DNA of 64,000 nucleotides from Acidimicrobiia bacterium (GCA_029863385.1 JAOTVU010000001.1:2476-66475); one strand, 5' to 3'; positions 35,434-45,709 are shown, counted from the stretch's first letter. Notes: generated by a model not told the origin, from the letters alone. A program made the numbers and translations.

Positions 35434-36930
35434 CTATTTCGGTTTGCCACCGCCTTTGCCCTTGCCCCCGCCACCAGTTCCGCCCGAAGTGATATCGATG
35501 GCGTAGAGAGAGGTATGCGGATCCGTCCGATCTGCGCTCAGCGTTATCGTGCTGACATAGGCCGTGGTGCTGTCGGGTGTGATTCGTGGGTGATGGACCC
35601 CAATGGTGCTCGGTCCTGGATAGGGCGCCCAATTCAGCTCCACGGTCCAAAGAACTTTGCCATTCTTGGGGTTGTAGCCCTTCACGAACGCCGGCTCGAA
35701 ACCGTTGACCGAACCGTGAGCGACCAGTGTCGCACCATCGGGGCTGATGGTGGGGCGCCCCACCCAGTGGTTCGGAGAGATCTGCCAGATCCGCGACTGT
35801 CGTTCCGTGTCAAAGGCTTCCAGGGAACCGGCTCCCCCGACGAAGTAGAGACGATCTCCCGGGCCGATTTCGAGACTGGTCGTCCCTGATGCCCAGCTGG
35901 GATAGTACTCCCAGAGGGTGCTGCCATCGCTCGGATCAGCGGCCGCAATCACGAATCCGAGTGCCCGGGGACCATAGATCGTGCCGTCGGATCCGATGGC
36001 AGGCTCAACGGCAGCCCGTCCCACTCCGTTGAAATTGGCGTTGAAGAGCTGCTCGCCTGCCAGAGAGAAAGCGTAGAAGCTGGCACCGCCGTCTATGTCG
36101 AAGTAGAGCTGGTCGACGGGTTGTCCGGGTCCGGCCGGGCCGAACCTCATCTCCGTGCCACCTCCGGACTTGTCGGAGATGATGGGATCGGCAACGTTCG
36201 ACCAAACGATCTCGCCGGTCAGGGGGTTCATGGCAAAGACGCCGATGCCTATTTCGAAGACCCCGTAGAGCAGGCCATCAGGACCGATCGTCGGCGCTAC
36301 TTTGACGGCCGGTGAACCGAAATCTGTGAACTCCCAATCGATGTTGCCCTGTGGTGAGATGCGATAGATGGTCCTGATACTGCCCACGTAGACCGCGCCA
36401 TCTGGACCGGCCGAGGGCGGCACGTAAGGCCACGAATTGACCCGCTGCGTCCACAGCAGACCTCCGTCCGGAGAAAGGGCGTAAACCAGACCACCCGAGG
36501 AGTTGTTGGTGTGAACGTAGATCGTGCCATCGGGCGCCAGGGCAGGCCGCCACCACAAATTGTCACCGTCGGCTTCAAATGTCCACTTCACACGGCCGTC
36601 GGTTTGTCGCTCGATCACCGTCAGGGGTACGGAGTTGCTCTGTTCGCCCTGAGCGATCATGGACAATGCTGTGGCGCCGGTAGCTGCGGCCTCGGGAACG
36701 TAGGCCACAACCCGGGTATCGGTCCAGGTCGTTGTCCAGGCGCTGAGTCCACCTACGGTGACTTCTCCGCCAGTCCCGAAACCCGTTCCCTCGATCACAA
36801 TCCGGCCGCTGCGAGGAAACGCGTCACCGTTGATGCTGGTGATGTTCGGCTGGACAGCGGCATCAACCGCGGACACCCCAACCAGCAGTAGAAGGGTAGC
36901 GAACACAATGATGAGGCTTTTTCGACCCAT
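35434..36930 (-). CDS. secreted IPT/TIG-domain plus PQQ-like (BamB-type) beta-propeller protein
   Basis: Signal peptide, IPT-like ITSINGDAFPRSGRIVIEGTGFG, repeated ..DG.i.W.f.. propeller blades, Gly/Lys-rich tail GGTGGGGKGKGGGKPK. Lower GC than its surroundings. Confidence 0.8.
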   Translation of the reverse strand: MGRKSLIIVFATLLLLVGVSAVDAAVQPNITSINGDAFPRSGRIVIEGTGFGTGGEVTVGGLSAWTTTWTDTRVVAYVPEAAATGATALSMIAQGEQSNSVPLTVIERQTDGRVKWTFEADGDNLWWRPALAPDGTIYVHTNNSSGGLVYALSPDGGLLWTQRVNSWPYVPPSAGPDGAVYVGSIRTIYRISPQGNIDWEFTDFGSPAVKVAPTIGPDGLLYGVFEIGIGVFAMNPLTGEIVWSNVADPIISDKSGGGTEMRFGPAGPGQPVDQLYFDIDGGASFYAFSLAGEQLFNANFNGVGRAAVEPAIGSDGTIYGPRALGFVIAAADPSDGSTLWEYYPSWASGTTSLEIGPGDRLYFVGGAGSLEAFDTERQSRIWQISPNHWVGRPTISPDGATLVAHGSVNGFEPAFVKGYNPKNGKVLWTVELNWAPYPGPSTIGVHHPRITPDSTTAYVSTITLSADRTDPHTSLYAIDITSGGTGGGGKGKGGGKPK

Positions 36931-37271
36931 GGAAAGACCCCCTTCATAGTCGGATCGTCGTCAGATAGGAATCCCCAACAAACAGGTAGCGAGATCGTGG
37001 TACACCAATCGCAATCAGTGATGGCATCAACGTACGAAGCCGGGCACCCACGGTTCGAATCGACCGTAGACATAGCAACGGGCGAGATGGTAGGGGCGAA
37101 AGTCACACATCTCCAGGTCTTGCGATCTGCGAGAGCGGCGACGGCTTCGACACGATCCTCGTGCACCAGAGGCCACCGCACGATTCATGATCGTTGACGA
37201 CGAGCGTGGGTGCGGTGGCGCTTGTCGTCAGTTTCCTCTGGGCTTGCCTTGTCGGTGTGCTTGCGATCGAC

Positions 37272-37970
37272 TCATTCGGTCCGGGGGTCCTCCCCATGAC
37301 GGGCGACATATCCCGAGGCGATGCTCTTTTCCGTGCGGGTCAGGTGCTGGAGCCAGGCATCGATCAATGCGTCGATGTCGCCGCCGGCGGCTGTCGTGAG
37401 AATCAGGTTGTGTTCGACGTTGGCCGTATCGGCGGAGGCGAACACGAGCACGTACAGACGCTGATATCGCTCAGCGGTCTGCCACAGAAGTTGCAGCAAC
37501 CGGGTCGACCAAGGCGTGAGACCAGGTTCGAGAAAGCACCAGTGATAGCTTCGGTGAGCACCCCACCACCCGCTGTCCGGTGGACCGGGTGTGAGGCTCA
37601 AGAGCTCGTCGTACAGCGAACGAGCGCGAGCGAGGAACGCCTCGTCGTAGGCCTCGAACGCCCGTCGGAGAACATCTGCTTCGAGCACCTGTCGCTGCCG
37701 GTACAGGTCATGCAACTCATCAAGATCGACCTCGGAGGCGATGACGCTCTGACCGGGCCGGGAAATCACGAGCGATTCCGCCTCAAGGGCTCGGAGCGCC
37801 TCTCGAATCGGGATGTGACTGACGCCGAGGCGTTCGACGAGATCGCGCACCACTATCTGCGCCCCCGGTGCAATCGCCCCGGTGAGGATGTCGTTTCGGA
37901 GCCGGACGGCAACCTGCTCCGAGAGGGTCACGGCCTCTATTCGCTCGTCACCCAACGCAGAGTTCCTCAT
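37272..37970 (-). CDS. GntR-family (FadR/FCD-type) transcriptional regulator
   Basis: N-terminal wHTH VRDLVERLGVSHIPIREALRALEAESLV and a helical C-terminal FCD-like domain. Confidence 0.9.
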   Translation of the reverse strand: MRNSALGDERIEAVTLSEQVAVRLRNDILTGAIAPGAQIVVRDLVERLGVSHIPIREALRALEAESLVISRPGQSVIASEVDLDELHDLYRQRQVLEADVLRRAFEAYDEAFLARARSLYDELLSLTPGPPDSGWWGAHRSYHWCFLEPGLTPWSTRLLQLLWQTAERYQRLYVLVFASADTANVEHNLILTTAAGGDIDALIDAWLQHLTRTEKSIASGYVARHGEDPRTE

Positions 37971-38055
37971 GAACCCGTTCTACCGGCCCCTCGCAGAACT
38001 CACGAGCCACTTGGCACCCTCCCGTCGGAGATTCCGAACAGAACAGCCTTGCCGA

Positions 38056-38973
38056 TCATTCGGAGTCGGGTGCCTTCCATGCCTGGAATCGACGCTCGAG
38101 TACCCCGAGTGAACCGATGATCACCGTGCCGAGCGCCGCAACGACGATCACGGCAGCGAGCATGTTGGCGGTCCGGAAGTATTGCGATTCGGTCTGGATG
38201 ATCCCACCCAGGCCGGTGAGATCGAGGAAGATCTCGGCGACGATGACCCCGACGAGCGCACGCCCCGCAGCGATCCGAAGCCCTGCAACGATGTACGGCA
38301 CCGAGGCGGGCATGATCACGTGCCGAATCAGATGCCGCTCGGAGGCGCCCATCGACCGAGCCACCTCCACCAGGTCGGGACGGGCGTTTCGCACGCCGAT
38401 CGCTGTGTTGAGGATGATCGGGATCACCGTACCGAGCCAGATGAGAAAGACCCGGCCCCCGTAGCCCACTCCGAACCAGATGATGACGAGTGGGACGATG
38501 ACCACCCGGGGGGTGGCATAGACGGCGTCGATGTACGGCTCGACGATCTTGGACAGCCAGTTCCGACGGCCCAGCAACACCCCGACGGCCAGGCCCACCA
38601 CCACCGAGAGGGCGTACCCGACGATCAAAGCGTTCATGGTCGTCAGAAACGCCCGCGGGAGTCGCCCGTCGGCCACGAGGTCGACGAACGCGGCGGCTAC
38701 CCGAGAGGGTGGCGAGAACAGGATCGGGTCGACACTCCGACCGAACAGTTCCCAAGAGGTCAGGAACACCACGGCGGCAACGGCGGGCATGAACCACACC
38801 TGGCCGACCAGGCGCCGTGGGAACGGCAGTCGCTGCGACGGCTCCAAGGTGCGCTCGTTCGACGTGCGCTCGGTATCGGTGTCGACGCCGGTGGCGGTTC
38901 GATTCACGTGCTGGTCCTCCTCTGACGGATCACCTCGTGCCCGGCGTGCCGGGCACGAGGTGGTGATCGCCAT
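38056..38973 (-). CDS. ABC transporter permease (NitT/TauT family)
   Basis: 6-TM BPD-type permease. EAA-like loop ARSMGASERHLIRHVIMPASVPYIV. Confidence 0.9.
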   Translation of the reverse strand: MAITTSCPARRARGDPSEEDQHVNRTATGVDTDTERTSNERTLEPSQRLPFPRRLVGQVWFMPAVAAVVFLTSWELFGRSVDPILFSPPSRVAAAFVDLVADGRLPRAFLTTMNALIVGYALSVVVGLAVGVLLGRRNWLSKIVEPYIDAVYATPRVVIVPLVIIWFGVGYGGRVFLIWLGTVIPIILNTAIGVRNARPDLVEVARSMGASERHLIRHVIMPASVPYIVAGLRIAAGRALVGVIVAEIFLDLTGLGGIIQTESQYFRTANMLAAVIVVAALGTVIIGSLGVLERRFQAWKAPDSE

Positions 38974-38976
38974 GTC

Positions 38977-40050
38977 CTACTGGCCGCAGCCCATTCCGGC
39001 CGCCTCTTCGAGGTAGCTGGTGTCGACCACCGTCTCGACGTCGATCGGGGACGAGATGTCGCCCGTCTCGACCATCGCCTCCATCAATCCCTGCATCCCG
39101 CGGGTCGAAAGCACCTCGTCGGGGCTGGTCGGGAACATGCCGACCTCGATGGCGAAGTCGTAGAGCTCGCCGATCGCATCGGCGTCGGCGCCATCGATGA
39201 GATCGAGCCCGTAGTCGATGAACCGTTGCCGGTCTTCTTGAGCCCACTTGTTGGCTTCGAGGTTTGCGCAGGCCACGCCGAGCGCCGCGTTGGGGTTCTC
39301 ATCCCAGAATTCGGACAGACCGAAGTAGACCGATGACGGATAGTCGGGCACCGTCTCGGCCAGACGCACGACGATCTGGGCTGCATCGGTTTGGGATGCG
39401 AGCTGGAACCAGTCGTCGACGCCGATCGTTGCGACGTCGATGCTTTCGGCCAGCAGTGCAGCGGCCCGGTCAGGGCTGCCCCCGACCTGGACGAAGTTCA
39501 CGTCACCGTCGGGGTCGATACCCGCATCCTCCAGCACGAAGCGGGTCAGCAGCGCGTCGAAGCCTGCAGGCCCCGACATGCCGATCGTGGTGCCCGCCAG
39601 GTCCTCGACCGAGGTGATGTCACCACGCGCCACAAGCACGTACTCCTGCTTCGCCACCAGGCTGCCCACTGCCACCGGGGTCGCTCCTTCGGCTGCGCCG
39701 ATGATCAGCTCGTCGGCCCCGTGTGGGGCCAGATTGGTCTGCCCGGCGACGAGCGCCTGTACCCCGGGGATGTTGGTGAGCGTGACCGGTTCGATCGTTG
39801 CTCCCCACTCCTCGAGCAGGTCGAAGGCGTAGAACTGCGGGATGAGTAATGCGGACGCCTGCGATGTGCTTGGGGTGTAGGTGATCCCCGACAGGTCGAC
39901 CATCGGGCCGTCACTGCTCGCTTCGCTGTCGGCGGCATCGGCCTCGGTGTCGTCGTCGGAGTCCCCGCAGGCCGACACCACCATCGCCATCGCGGCGAAC
40001 AGGATCAGCAAACGACGCAGGATTCCCCTGTGTCCTTCTCGTTCCATCAT
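38977..40050 (-). CDS. ABC transporter substrate-binding lipoprotein (NMT1/THI5/SsuA-like)
   Basis: Lipobox VVSACGD, acidic linker, then periplasmic-binding-fold sequence. Lies between two NitT/TauT permease genes. Confidence 0.8.
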   Translation of the reverse strand: MMEREGHRGILRRLLILFAAMAMVVSACGDSDDDTEADAADSEASSDGPMVDLSGITYTPSTSQASALLIPQFYAFDLLEEWGATIEPVTLTNIPGVQALVAGQTNLAPHGADELIIGAAEGATPVAVGSLVAKQEYVLVARGDITSVEDLAGTTIGMSGPAGFDALLTRFVLEDAGIDPDGDVNFVQVGGSPDRAAALLAESIDVATIGVDDWFQLASQTDAAQIVVRLAETVPDYPSSVYFGLSEFWDENPNAALGVACANLEANKWAQEDRQRFIDYGLDLIDGADADAIGELYDFAIEVGMFPTSPDEVLSTRGMQGLMEAMVETGDISSPIDVETVVDTSYLEEAAGMGCGQ

Positions 40051-40123
40051 GGTATTCCTCCCTTTGGCCCGGGTCGTGTGTGGTCCGCCGACTCGATTCT
40101 TCGGTCCCCGACACCGGGCGGTC

Positions 40124-40897
40124 TTATGTCGTCGTCGAGACCTTCCAGTACCGAACCCGGTTCTCGAGGTACCCGAACAGCTTGGTGAGTCCGATGCCGA
40201 GCAGCGGCAGCGGCAGGATTGCTGCGAGCAGGAAGTCGGTGCGGAACACCGACCCGTACGACGAGATCAGCGCGCCGATCCCGCTCAGGCGGAGGTAGAC
40301 CTCCGCGATCGCCATACCGACCACGCCCCGCCCGATGCCAAGACGTACGCCGGCCATGATGAAGGGAATCGCGGCGGGAACCACGACACGCCGCAGCAGC
40401 CCGAATTCGGTCGACACCCCGAACGCCGTGGCCACCTCGATCAGATCCCGCGGCGCATCTCTCACCCCGGTGTAGGTGTTGATCAGAATCGGGAAGAACG
40501 CGGACAGGAACACGACGATGACCCGACCGGTGAGTCCGAAGCCGAACCAGACGAGAACGAGGGGAACCAGGGCGACGACCGGCAGCGCGTAGAGGGCGTT
40601 GAAGTAGGGGCTGAAGGTTCGGTCCATCAGCGGGTAACGTCCCACGGTCACGCCGATTCCGACGCCGAGCAGCACGGCAGCCGTGAAGCCGAGCGCCAGC
40701 AGGCGGAGGCTCTCGAACAGCGCCGGCAGCAACGAGCCGTCGAAGATGATCGTGAGCAGTGCCGATCCCACCGCCAGCGGCCCCGGGAGCAGCACCGGCT
40801 CGTCGAGGACTCGTGCGTAGATCTCCCAGGTGCCCAGGAAGACCACGGCGAACGCCATGTGCCCGATCCAGAGGCGATCTTTGAGAAACGCTTGCAT
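40124..40897 (-). CDS. ABC transporter permease (NitT/TauT family)
   Basis: EAA-like loop ATAFGVSTEFGLLRRVVVPAAIPFIM. ATG 40897 lies 5 nt after the ATPase stop. The track extension was trimmed. Confidence 0.9.
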   Translation of the reverse strand: MQAFLKDRLWIGHMAFAVVFLGTWEIYARVLDEPVLLPGPLAVGSALLTIIFDGSLLPALFESLRLLALGFTAAVLLGVGIGVTVGRYPLMDRTFSPYFNALYALPVVALVPLVLVWFGFGLTGRVIVVFLSAFFPILINTYTGVRDAPRDLIEVATAFGVSTEFGLLRRVVVPAAIPFIMAGVRLGIGRGVVGMAIAEVYLRLSGIGALISSYGSVFRTDFLLAAILPLPLLGIGLTKLFGYLENRVRYWKVSTTT

Positions 40898-40902
40898 TCC
40901 CG

Positions 40903-41751
40903 TCACCCCACCGCGAGTTGACTGCGTTGGTACTCCAGGTCCTCCCGGAGCATCTGCCAGATCTCCTGGCGGGCTTCGATGAAGCCTTTCTCCGCCCTGA
41001 GGTCGTAGTCCCATCGAGGGCGGGGCAGGTCCACGTCGATGGAGGCTCTGATTCGCCCGGGCCCGCGCGTGAGCACCACCACCCGATCGGCGAGCGCGAC
41101 GGCTTCATCGAGGTCGTGGGTCACGAACATGACGGTCTTGCCCGAGTTCGACCACAGCTTCATCAGTTCTTCCTGCATGAGCTCCCGGGTCTGGGCGTCG
41201 ATCGCGCCGAACGGCTCGTCCATCAGCAGGATCTCGGGGTCGGTGACGAGAGCCCGGGCCAGACCGACGCGTTGCTGCATGCCGCCGGACAACTGGTGCG
41301 GCATCGCGTCTTCGAATCCGGCCAGGCCGACTTTGGTGATGAACTCGCGAGACAGTTGATCGGCGACTCTGGGGTCGGCCTTCCGGATGACGAGCGGCAT
41401 CTTGACGTTGTCGAGAACGGTCTTCCAGGGGAACAGCCCGAAGCTCTGGAACACCATCGCCCGTTCCCGGCCCGGTCCGGTGACCGGGGTTCCGTCGATC
41501 CGGACCTCGCCACCATCGAAGGGTAGAAGACCGGCGACGATCCTCAGAAGGGTGGTCTTTCCACACCCACTCGGACCGATCACCGAGACGAACTCGCCTT
41601 CTTTCAGGTCGAGATCGACTCCGTCGAGTGCCAGGAGCTCCTGGCGCACACCCTTCTTCTCCCAACGGAAATACTTCTGGACACCGGAGATCTGGACTTT
41701 GGCAGGACGCCCACTGCTCGTCTCTGGGCTGGTGTTCACCGTGTTTGGCAT
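40903..41751 (-). CDS. ABC transporter ATP-binding protein (NitT/TauT family)
   Basis: Walker A GPSGCGKTT, signature LSGGMQQRV, Walker B LLMDEPF, H-loop VTHD. Confidence 0.95.
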   Translation of the reverse strand: MPNTVNTSPETSSGRPAKVQISGVQKYFRWEKKGVRQELLALDGVDLDLKEGEFVSVIGPSGCGKTTLLRIVAGLLPFDGGEVRIDGTPVTGPGRERAMVFQSFGLFPWKTVLDNVKMPLVIRKADPRVADQLSREFITKVGLAGFEDAMPHQLSGGMQQRVGLARALVTDPEILLMDEPFGAIDAQTRELMQEELMKLWSNSGKTVMFVTHDLDEAVALADRVVVLTRGPGRIRASIDVDLPRPRWDYDLRAEKGFIEARQEIWQMLREDLEYQRSQLAVG

Positions 41752-41804
41752 CTCGCTCGTCTGTCCCCCCTGGACTCGGATGGCTAGGGCTAGCCTCGCC
41801 GTGA

Positions 41805-41824
41805 GATATGTTATAACTTATATC
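41805..41824. promoter_or_regulatory. AT-rich palindromic candidate GntR operator in divergent promoter region
   Basis: GATATGTTATAACTTATATC with perfect palindromic core GTTATAAC (41810-41817), fitting the GT-Nx-AC GntR/FadR operator rule. It is the only AT-rich patch between the divergent ABC operon and the FAH gene. Confidence 0.35.
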
Positions 41825-41917
41825 ATCCCGCTGCGTCGACCGGCAACACCACCGGGCAGCTGAGCACAGTCAAGTTGAAGAAAACAAGTGGAGAGATGGG
41901 GAAGGAAGGGGACAGCG

Positions 41918-42796
41918 GTGAAGTTGGTCACATTCGAAAATGGTTCGTCGGCTCGGGTTGGCGTGCTCGATGGAGATCTCGTACGCGACGTAACCGCCGT
42001 CGATGACAGTCTCCCCACCAGCCTGTTGGGTGTCGTCACTGCTGCTGACGGCGTGTTGGATCGAATTCGACAGGCGACGAGCGCCGCCCCCGCCGTGGCG
42101 CTCGGCGACGTGACCGTACATGCTCCGCTCCCGACGCCAACCGGTGACGTGATCGCGGTCGGCAAGAACTACCCCGACCATGCGAAGGAATTCGCCGACT
42201 CGGGGTTCGACGCAACCGAGAAGGAGGTGCTGCCCTCGCATCCCATCATCTTCGGGAAGTCCGGGTCGTCCATCATCGGCACCGCGGCTCCGATCGTCAG
42301 CGGCAACGACCCGACGGGGACGACGGACTACGAGGGCGAACTCGGTGTCGTCATCGGACGAGAGGCCCGATCCGTCGATCCGGCCAACGCTCTCGACCAC
42401 GTGTTCGGATTCACGATCATCAACGACGTAACCGCCAGGGAGCTGCAGTCGATGCATGCCCAATGGTTCGTCGGGAAGAGTCCCGACACCTTCTGTCCTA
42501 TGGGTCCGTGCATCGTGACCGCCGATGAGTTCGGCGATGTCGGCTCGGCGTCGCTCCGGACGGTCGTGAACGGCGAGGTCCGCCAGTCGTACGCCCTGGC
42601 CGACATGATCTTCGACATCCCCACCGTCATCGCCACGCTCTCCGCGGTCATGACACTGCGTCCCGGCGTCGTCATCGCCACGGGAACCGGACCGGGTGTC
42701 GGCATCGGCTTCGACCCTCCTCGCTTCCTCCGTCCCGGCGACGTCGTCGACGTGACGGTCGACGGCATCGGCACGCTCTCGAACCCGGTGGTATAG
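41918..42796 (+). CDS. fumarylacetoacetate hydrolase (FAH) family protein
   Basis: GKNYPDHAKE and DYEGELGVVIG metal-binding blocks. GTG 41918 (VKLVTFENG) follows GGAAGGGGA. Confidence 0.9.
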   Translation: MKLVTFENGSSARVGVLDGDLVRDVTAVDDSLPTSLLGVVTAADGVLDRIRQATSAAPAVALGDVTVHAPLPTPTGDVIAVGKNYPDHAKEFADSGFDATEKEVLPSHPIIFGKSGSSIIGTAAPIVSGNDPTGTTDYEGELGVVIGREARSVDPANALDHVFGFTIINDVTARELQSMHAQWFVGKSPDTFCPMGPCIVTADEFGDVGSASLRTVVNGEVRQSYALADMIFDIPTVIATLSAVMTLRPGVVIATGTGPGVGIGFDPPRFLRPGDVVDVTVDGIGTLSNPVV

Positions 42797-42803
42797 GCCC
42801 ATC

Positions 42804-43874
42804 ATGACCGTGACCGGATGGGAAGGCTGGGCGGACCGGTGGTCGGAGTCCCCGACCACCGCCGTGACCGGCCCGGTGATCGACGTGCACTCACACCTGA
42901 AGGTGCCCGGGGCGGCGGCGTTGGCGATGGAGCACTTCTCTCCGGAGCTGGATCCCCGCTCGCTCTATTCGACCGACCAGACGAACGCCCTCAATCGTGC
43001 ATACCACGAGTGTGTCCACGATCGTTTCACGGAACCGGCGACGCGGATCGAGGACATGGAGATCATGGGTGTCGATGTTCAGGCGATCGCGCTCGCCCCG
43101 CCCCACTACTTCTACTGGCTCGACCGGGCGACAGCCACACAGATCACGTCAATGCAAAACGATGCCATCGCAGAGATCGTCGCCTCGCATCCGCAACGGT
43201 TCTGGGGCGTGGGAACCCTCCCGATGGCGCATCCGGCCGACGCGGTGAAGGAAGCCGAGCGGCTCCGAAACGAACTCGACATACGGGCCATCGAAATCGG
43301 CACCGACGTGGTCGGGGTCGACCTCGACGACCCGAAGTTCGATCCGGTCTGGGAAGTCCTCGCCGAGCTGCGAATCGTCGTCATCCTGCACCCCGCCGGT
43401 TTCACCGAAGGTCGCCGGCTGTCGGACTACTACCTGGTGAACGTGATCGGTCTGCCACTGTCCTCAACGCTTGCCGTTACCCGACTCATCCTCGGCGGAG
43501 TGTTCGAGCGGCACCCGGGGTTGCGCATGCTCGTCGTGCACGGAGGCGGCTATCTCCCGTTCTATTCGGCACGAACCGATCACGCCTTTCGACATCGACC
43601 GGAGATGCGACAGCACATCGATCGACTCCCGTCGGAGTATCTGTCGAACCTGTGGTTCGACTCCACCGTGTTCTCGCCGGCGCTCCTCGGACTGCTCGTC
43701 GAGCAGTACGGGGCTGATCGGGTGCTCCTCGGGACCGACTACCCCTTCGACATGGGGCAGGGCAATCCCATCGATTTCATCGCGGCAGCCGGTCTGACCG
43801 ACGACCAGCGGGCGCAAGTCCTTGGCCGGAATGCAGAGGAGCTGTTCGGCCTGACGGCGATCCGTCCAGGCTGA
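42804..43874 (+). CDS. amidohydrolase-2 (ACMSD/LigW/LigI-like) family metal-dependent hydrolase or decarboxylase
   Basis: IDVHSHL (HxH) near the N-terminus, VILHPAG, VVHGGG, and C-terminal GTDYPFD. TIM-barrel amidohydrolase pattern. Confidence 0.85.
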   Translation: MTVTGWEGWADRWSESPTTAVTGPVIDVHSHLKVPGAAALAMEHFSPELDPRSLYSTDQTNALNRAYHECVHDRFTEPATRIEDMEIMGVDVQAIALAPPHYFYWLDRATATQITSMQNDAIAEIVASHPQRFWGVGTLPMAHPADAVKEAERLRNELDIRAIEIGTDVVGVDLDDPKFDPVWEVLAELRIVVILHPAGFTEGRRLSDYYLVNVIGLPLSSTLAVTRLILGGVFERHPGLRMLVVHGGGYLPFYSARTDHAFRHRPEMRQHIDRLPSEYLSNLWFDSTVFSPALLGLLVEQYGADRVLLGTDYPFDMGQGNPIDFIAAAGLTDDQRAQVLGRNAEELFGLTAIRPG

Positions 43875-44072
43875 AGAACGAGGAAGGCGACGAGCTGGCC
43901 TCCTGGGCGACTCCTCGATCTCAGGCAAAGATGTCGCGGCGACGATGACGCCCTCGTCACCGTTGCTACGGACCCATGGTTCGGATTCCCGTTGCCGTCC
44001 CGGTTGCTGTCCTGTGCCACGTCTGGTGGTGGCTTCCTTCGGCAAGATGTGCTCTGGCCTGGGGAAACGTTG

Positions 44073-44145
44073 CTCCGGGGGTGAGGCTCGAACTCACGAC
44101 CCACTGATTAACAGTCAGTTGCTCTGCCAACTGAGCTACCCCGGA
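44073..44145 (-). tRNA. tRNA-Asn (GUU), CCA not encoded
   Basis: Hand fold: TCCGGGG acceptor, GCTC/GAGC D stem, ACTGA-CTGTTAA-TCAGT anticodon arm, GTGAG-TTCGAGC-CTCAC T arm, CCCCGGA-G 3' end. Confidence 0.9.
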
Positions 44146-44323
44146 TTGGCGAATCGCCATGATACCAAGTTCCTTCGGCTCCCCGATCACCTTTTTTGAA
44201 CGGCGAGCGAATCCCCCTGCGCCCAGAATTCGAGCATTTGTTCTCGACTGCTGGAGTGCGGGGCGCCAACCTGATCGTCAGCGGATTCGGGGCCGCAACA
44301 TTTCACCTTCGGGTAACTCGACC

Positions 44324-45709
44324 TTACCGGGGGCGATGGCGCTCGATCACCTCCGGCGAGATCCGCTTCAGCTCGCCGTCCGAGAACGGTGCCAGCACAT
44401 CCCACGCCACATCAAGGGTCTCCTCGATCGAGCGCTCGTGCTCCTGGTGGAGGAACCGACGCTCGAACGCCTCGGCGAAACGCAGGTAGCGGCGGTCGTC
44501 GTCGGACAGGCTGGCCTCGCCGATGATGGCCACCAGCCGGCGCAGGTCACGACCCTGGGAGTAGAAGGCGTAGAGCTGGTCGGAGAGCTGACGGTGGTCG
44601 CCGCGGGTCTTGCCGTCGCCGATCCCGGCGTTCATCAGGCGGCTGAGGCTGGGCAGGACGTCGATCGGGGGATCGACGCCCACTCGGTGGAGTTCCCGGG
44701 ACATCACGATCTGGCCCTCGGTGATGTAGCCGACGAGATCCGGGATGGGGTGGGTGATGTCGTCGTCGGGCATGGCCAGCACGATCAGCTGCGTCACCGA
44801 ACCCGGCCTGTCCCGGATCCGGCCGGCCCGCTCGAAGAGACCGGCGAGGTCGGTGTACATGTAGCCCGGGTAGCCCCGTCGACCCGGAATCTCCTCCCGG
44901 GCCGTCGACACCTCACGCAGCACCTCGCAGTAGTTGGTGATGTCGGTGAGGATCACCAGCACATGCAACCCGTGGACGAAGGCCAGGTACTCGGCCACCG
45001 TGAGCCCAAGCCGAGGCGTGAGGAGGCGCTCGATGGGCGGATCGTCGGCCCGATTGACGAAGAGCACGGTACGGTCGAGCCGTCCACTGTTCTCGAAATG
45101 CCGGCGGAAGAAGCTGGCTTCCCGTTGGGTGATCCCCATGGCGGCGAAGACGACGACGAAGTCCTCGCCGGTCCCGACCACTCGGGCCTGGGTGGCGATC
45201 CGAGCGGCCAGCTCGCCGGCTGGCAGGCCGAAGCCGGAGAAGATCGGAAGCTTCTGACCCCGGACCAGGGTGTTCAGACCGTCGATGGCCGAGATCCCGG
45301 TTTCGACATATTCCGACGGGTAGCTCCGCATGGCCGGGTTGATGGGCAGGCCGTTGACATCGCGGAACTCTTCCGGCATGGGGGGTGGTCCGCCGTCGAT
45401 CGGCCGACCGGAACCGTCGAGGATGCGGCCAAGTAGACCGCGGCCGACACCGAGCCGGGCAACATCCTGGCCCAGGCGAACCGTTGTGGTGGCCAGCCCG
45501 AGCCCCCGGGTTCCCTCGAATACCTCGATCACGGCCCGGTGGTCGTCGACCTCGAGAACCTGACCGGCCCGCACCCCGCCGTCGGCCGCCAGGACCTCCA
45601 CCACCTCACCGAGATGGGCGACGGCCGCCCGCTCGACGACGATGAGGGGGCCGGCGATGTGGGTCACGGTACTGAGCTCGTAGGTGAACAGCCCACCGGC
45701 GTGTCTCAT
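44324..45709 (-). CDS. atpB: A/V-type ATPase subunit B
   Basis: 461 aa. Blocks [22 protein letters not shown] and ITEGQIV. ATGA overlap with atpA. The 140-aa R/G-rich track extension was rejected. Confidence 0.95.
   Translation of the reverse strand: MRHAGGLFTYELSTVTHIAGPLIVVERAAVAHLGEVVEVLAADGGVRAGQVLEVDDHRAVIEVFEGTRGLGLATTTVRLGQDVARLGVGRGLLGRILDGSGRPIDGGPPPMPEEFRDVNGLPINPAMRSYPSEYVETGISAIDGLNTLVRGQKLPIFSGFGLPAGELAARIATQARVVGTGEDFVVVFAAMGITQREASFFRRHFENSGRLDRTVLFVNRADDPPIERLLTPRLGLTVAEYLAFVHGLHVLVILTDITNYCEVLREVSTAREEIPGRRGYPGYMYTDLAGLFERAGRIRDRPGSVTQLIVLAMPDDDITHPIPDLVGYITEGQIVMSRELHRVGVDPPIDVLPSLSRLMNAGIGDGKTRGDHRQLSDQLYAFYSQGRDLRRLVAIIGEASLSDDDRRYLRFAEAFERRFLHQEHERSIEETLDVAWDVLAPFSDGELKRISPEVIERHRPR

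Noticed and set aside
44146-44165. GGCGAATCGCC palindrome next to tRNA-Asn, considered as a terminator
   Set aside because: A 5-bp stem with a 1-nt loop is sterically implausible. The nearby T-run is on the wrong side for the ATPase operon.
43875-44323. tRNA-Asn as an integration site (genomic island bounded by att repeats) for the ATPase operon or the catabolic cluster
   Set aside because: I found no integrase gene and no direct repeat of the tRNA 3' end on either side by eye. Horizontal origin is therefore offered only as a hypothesis in a finding, not as an annotated island.
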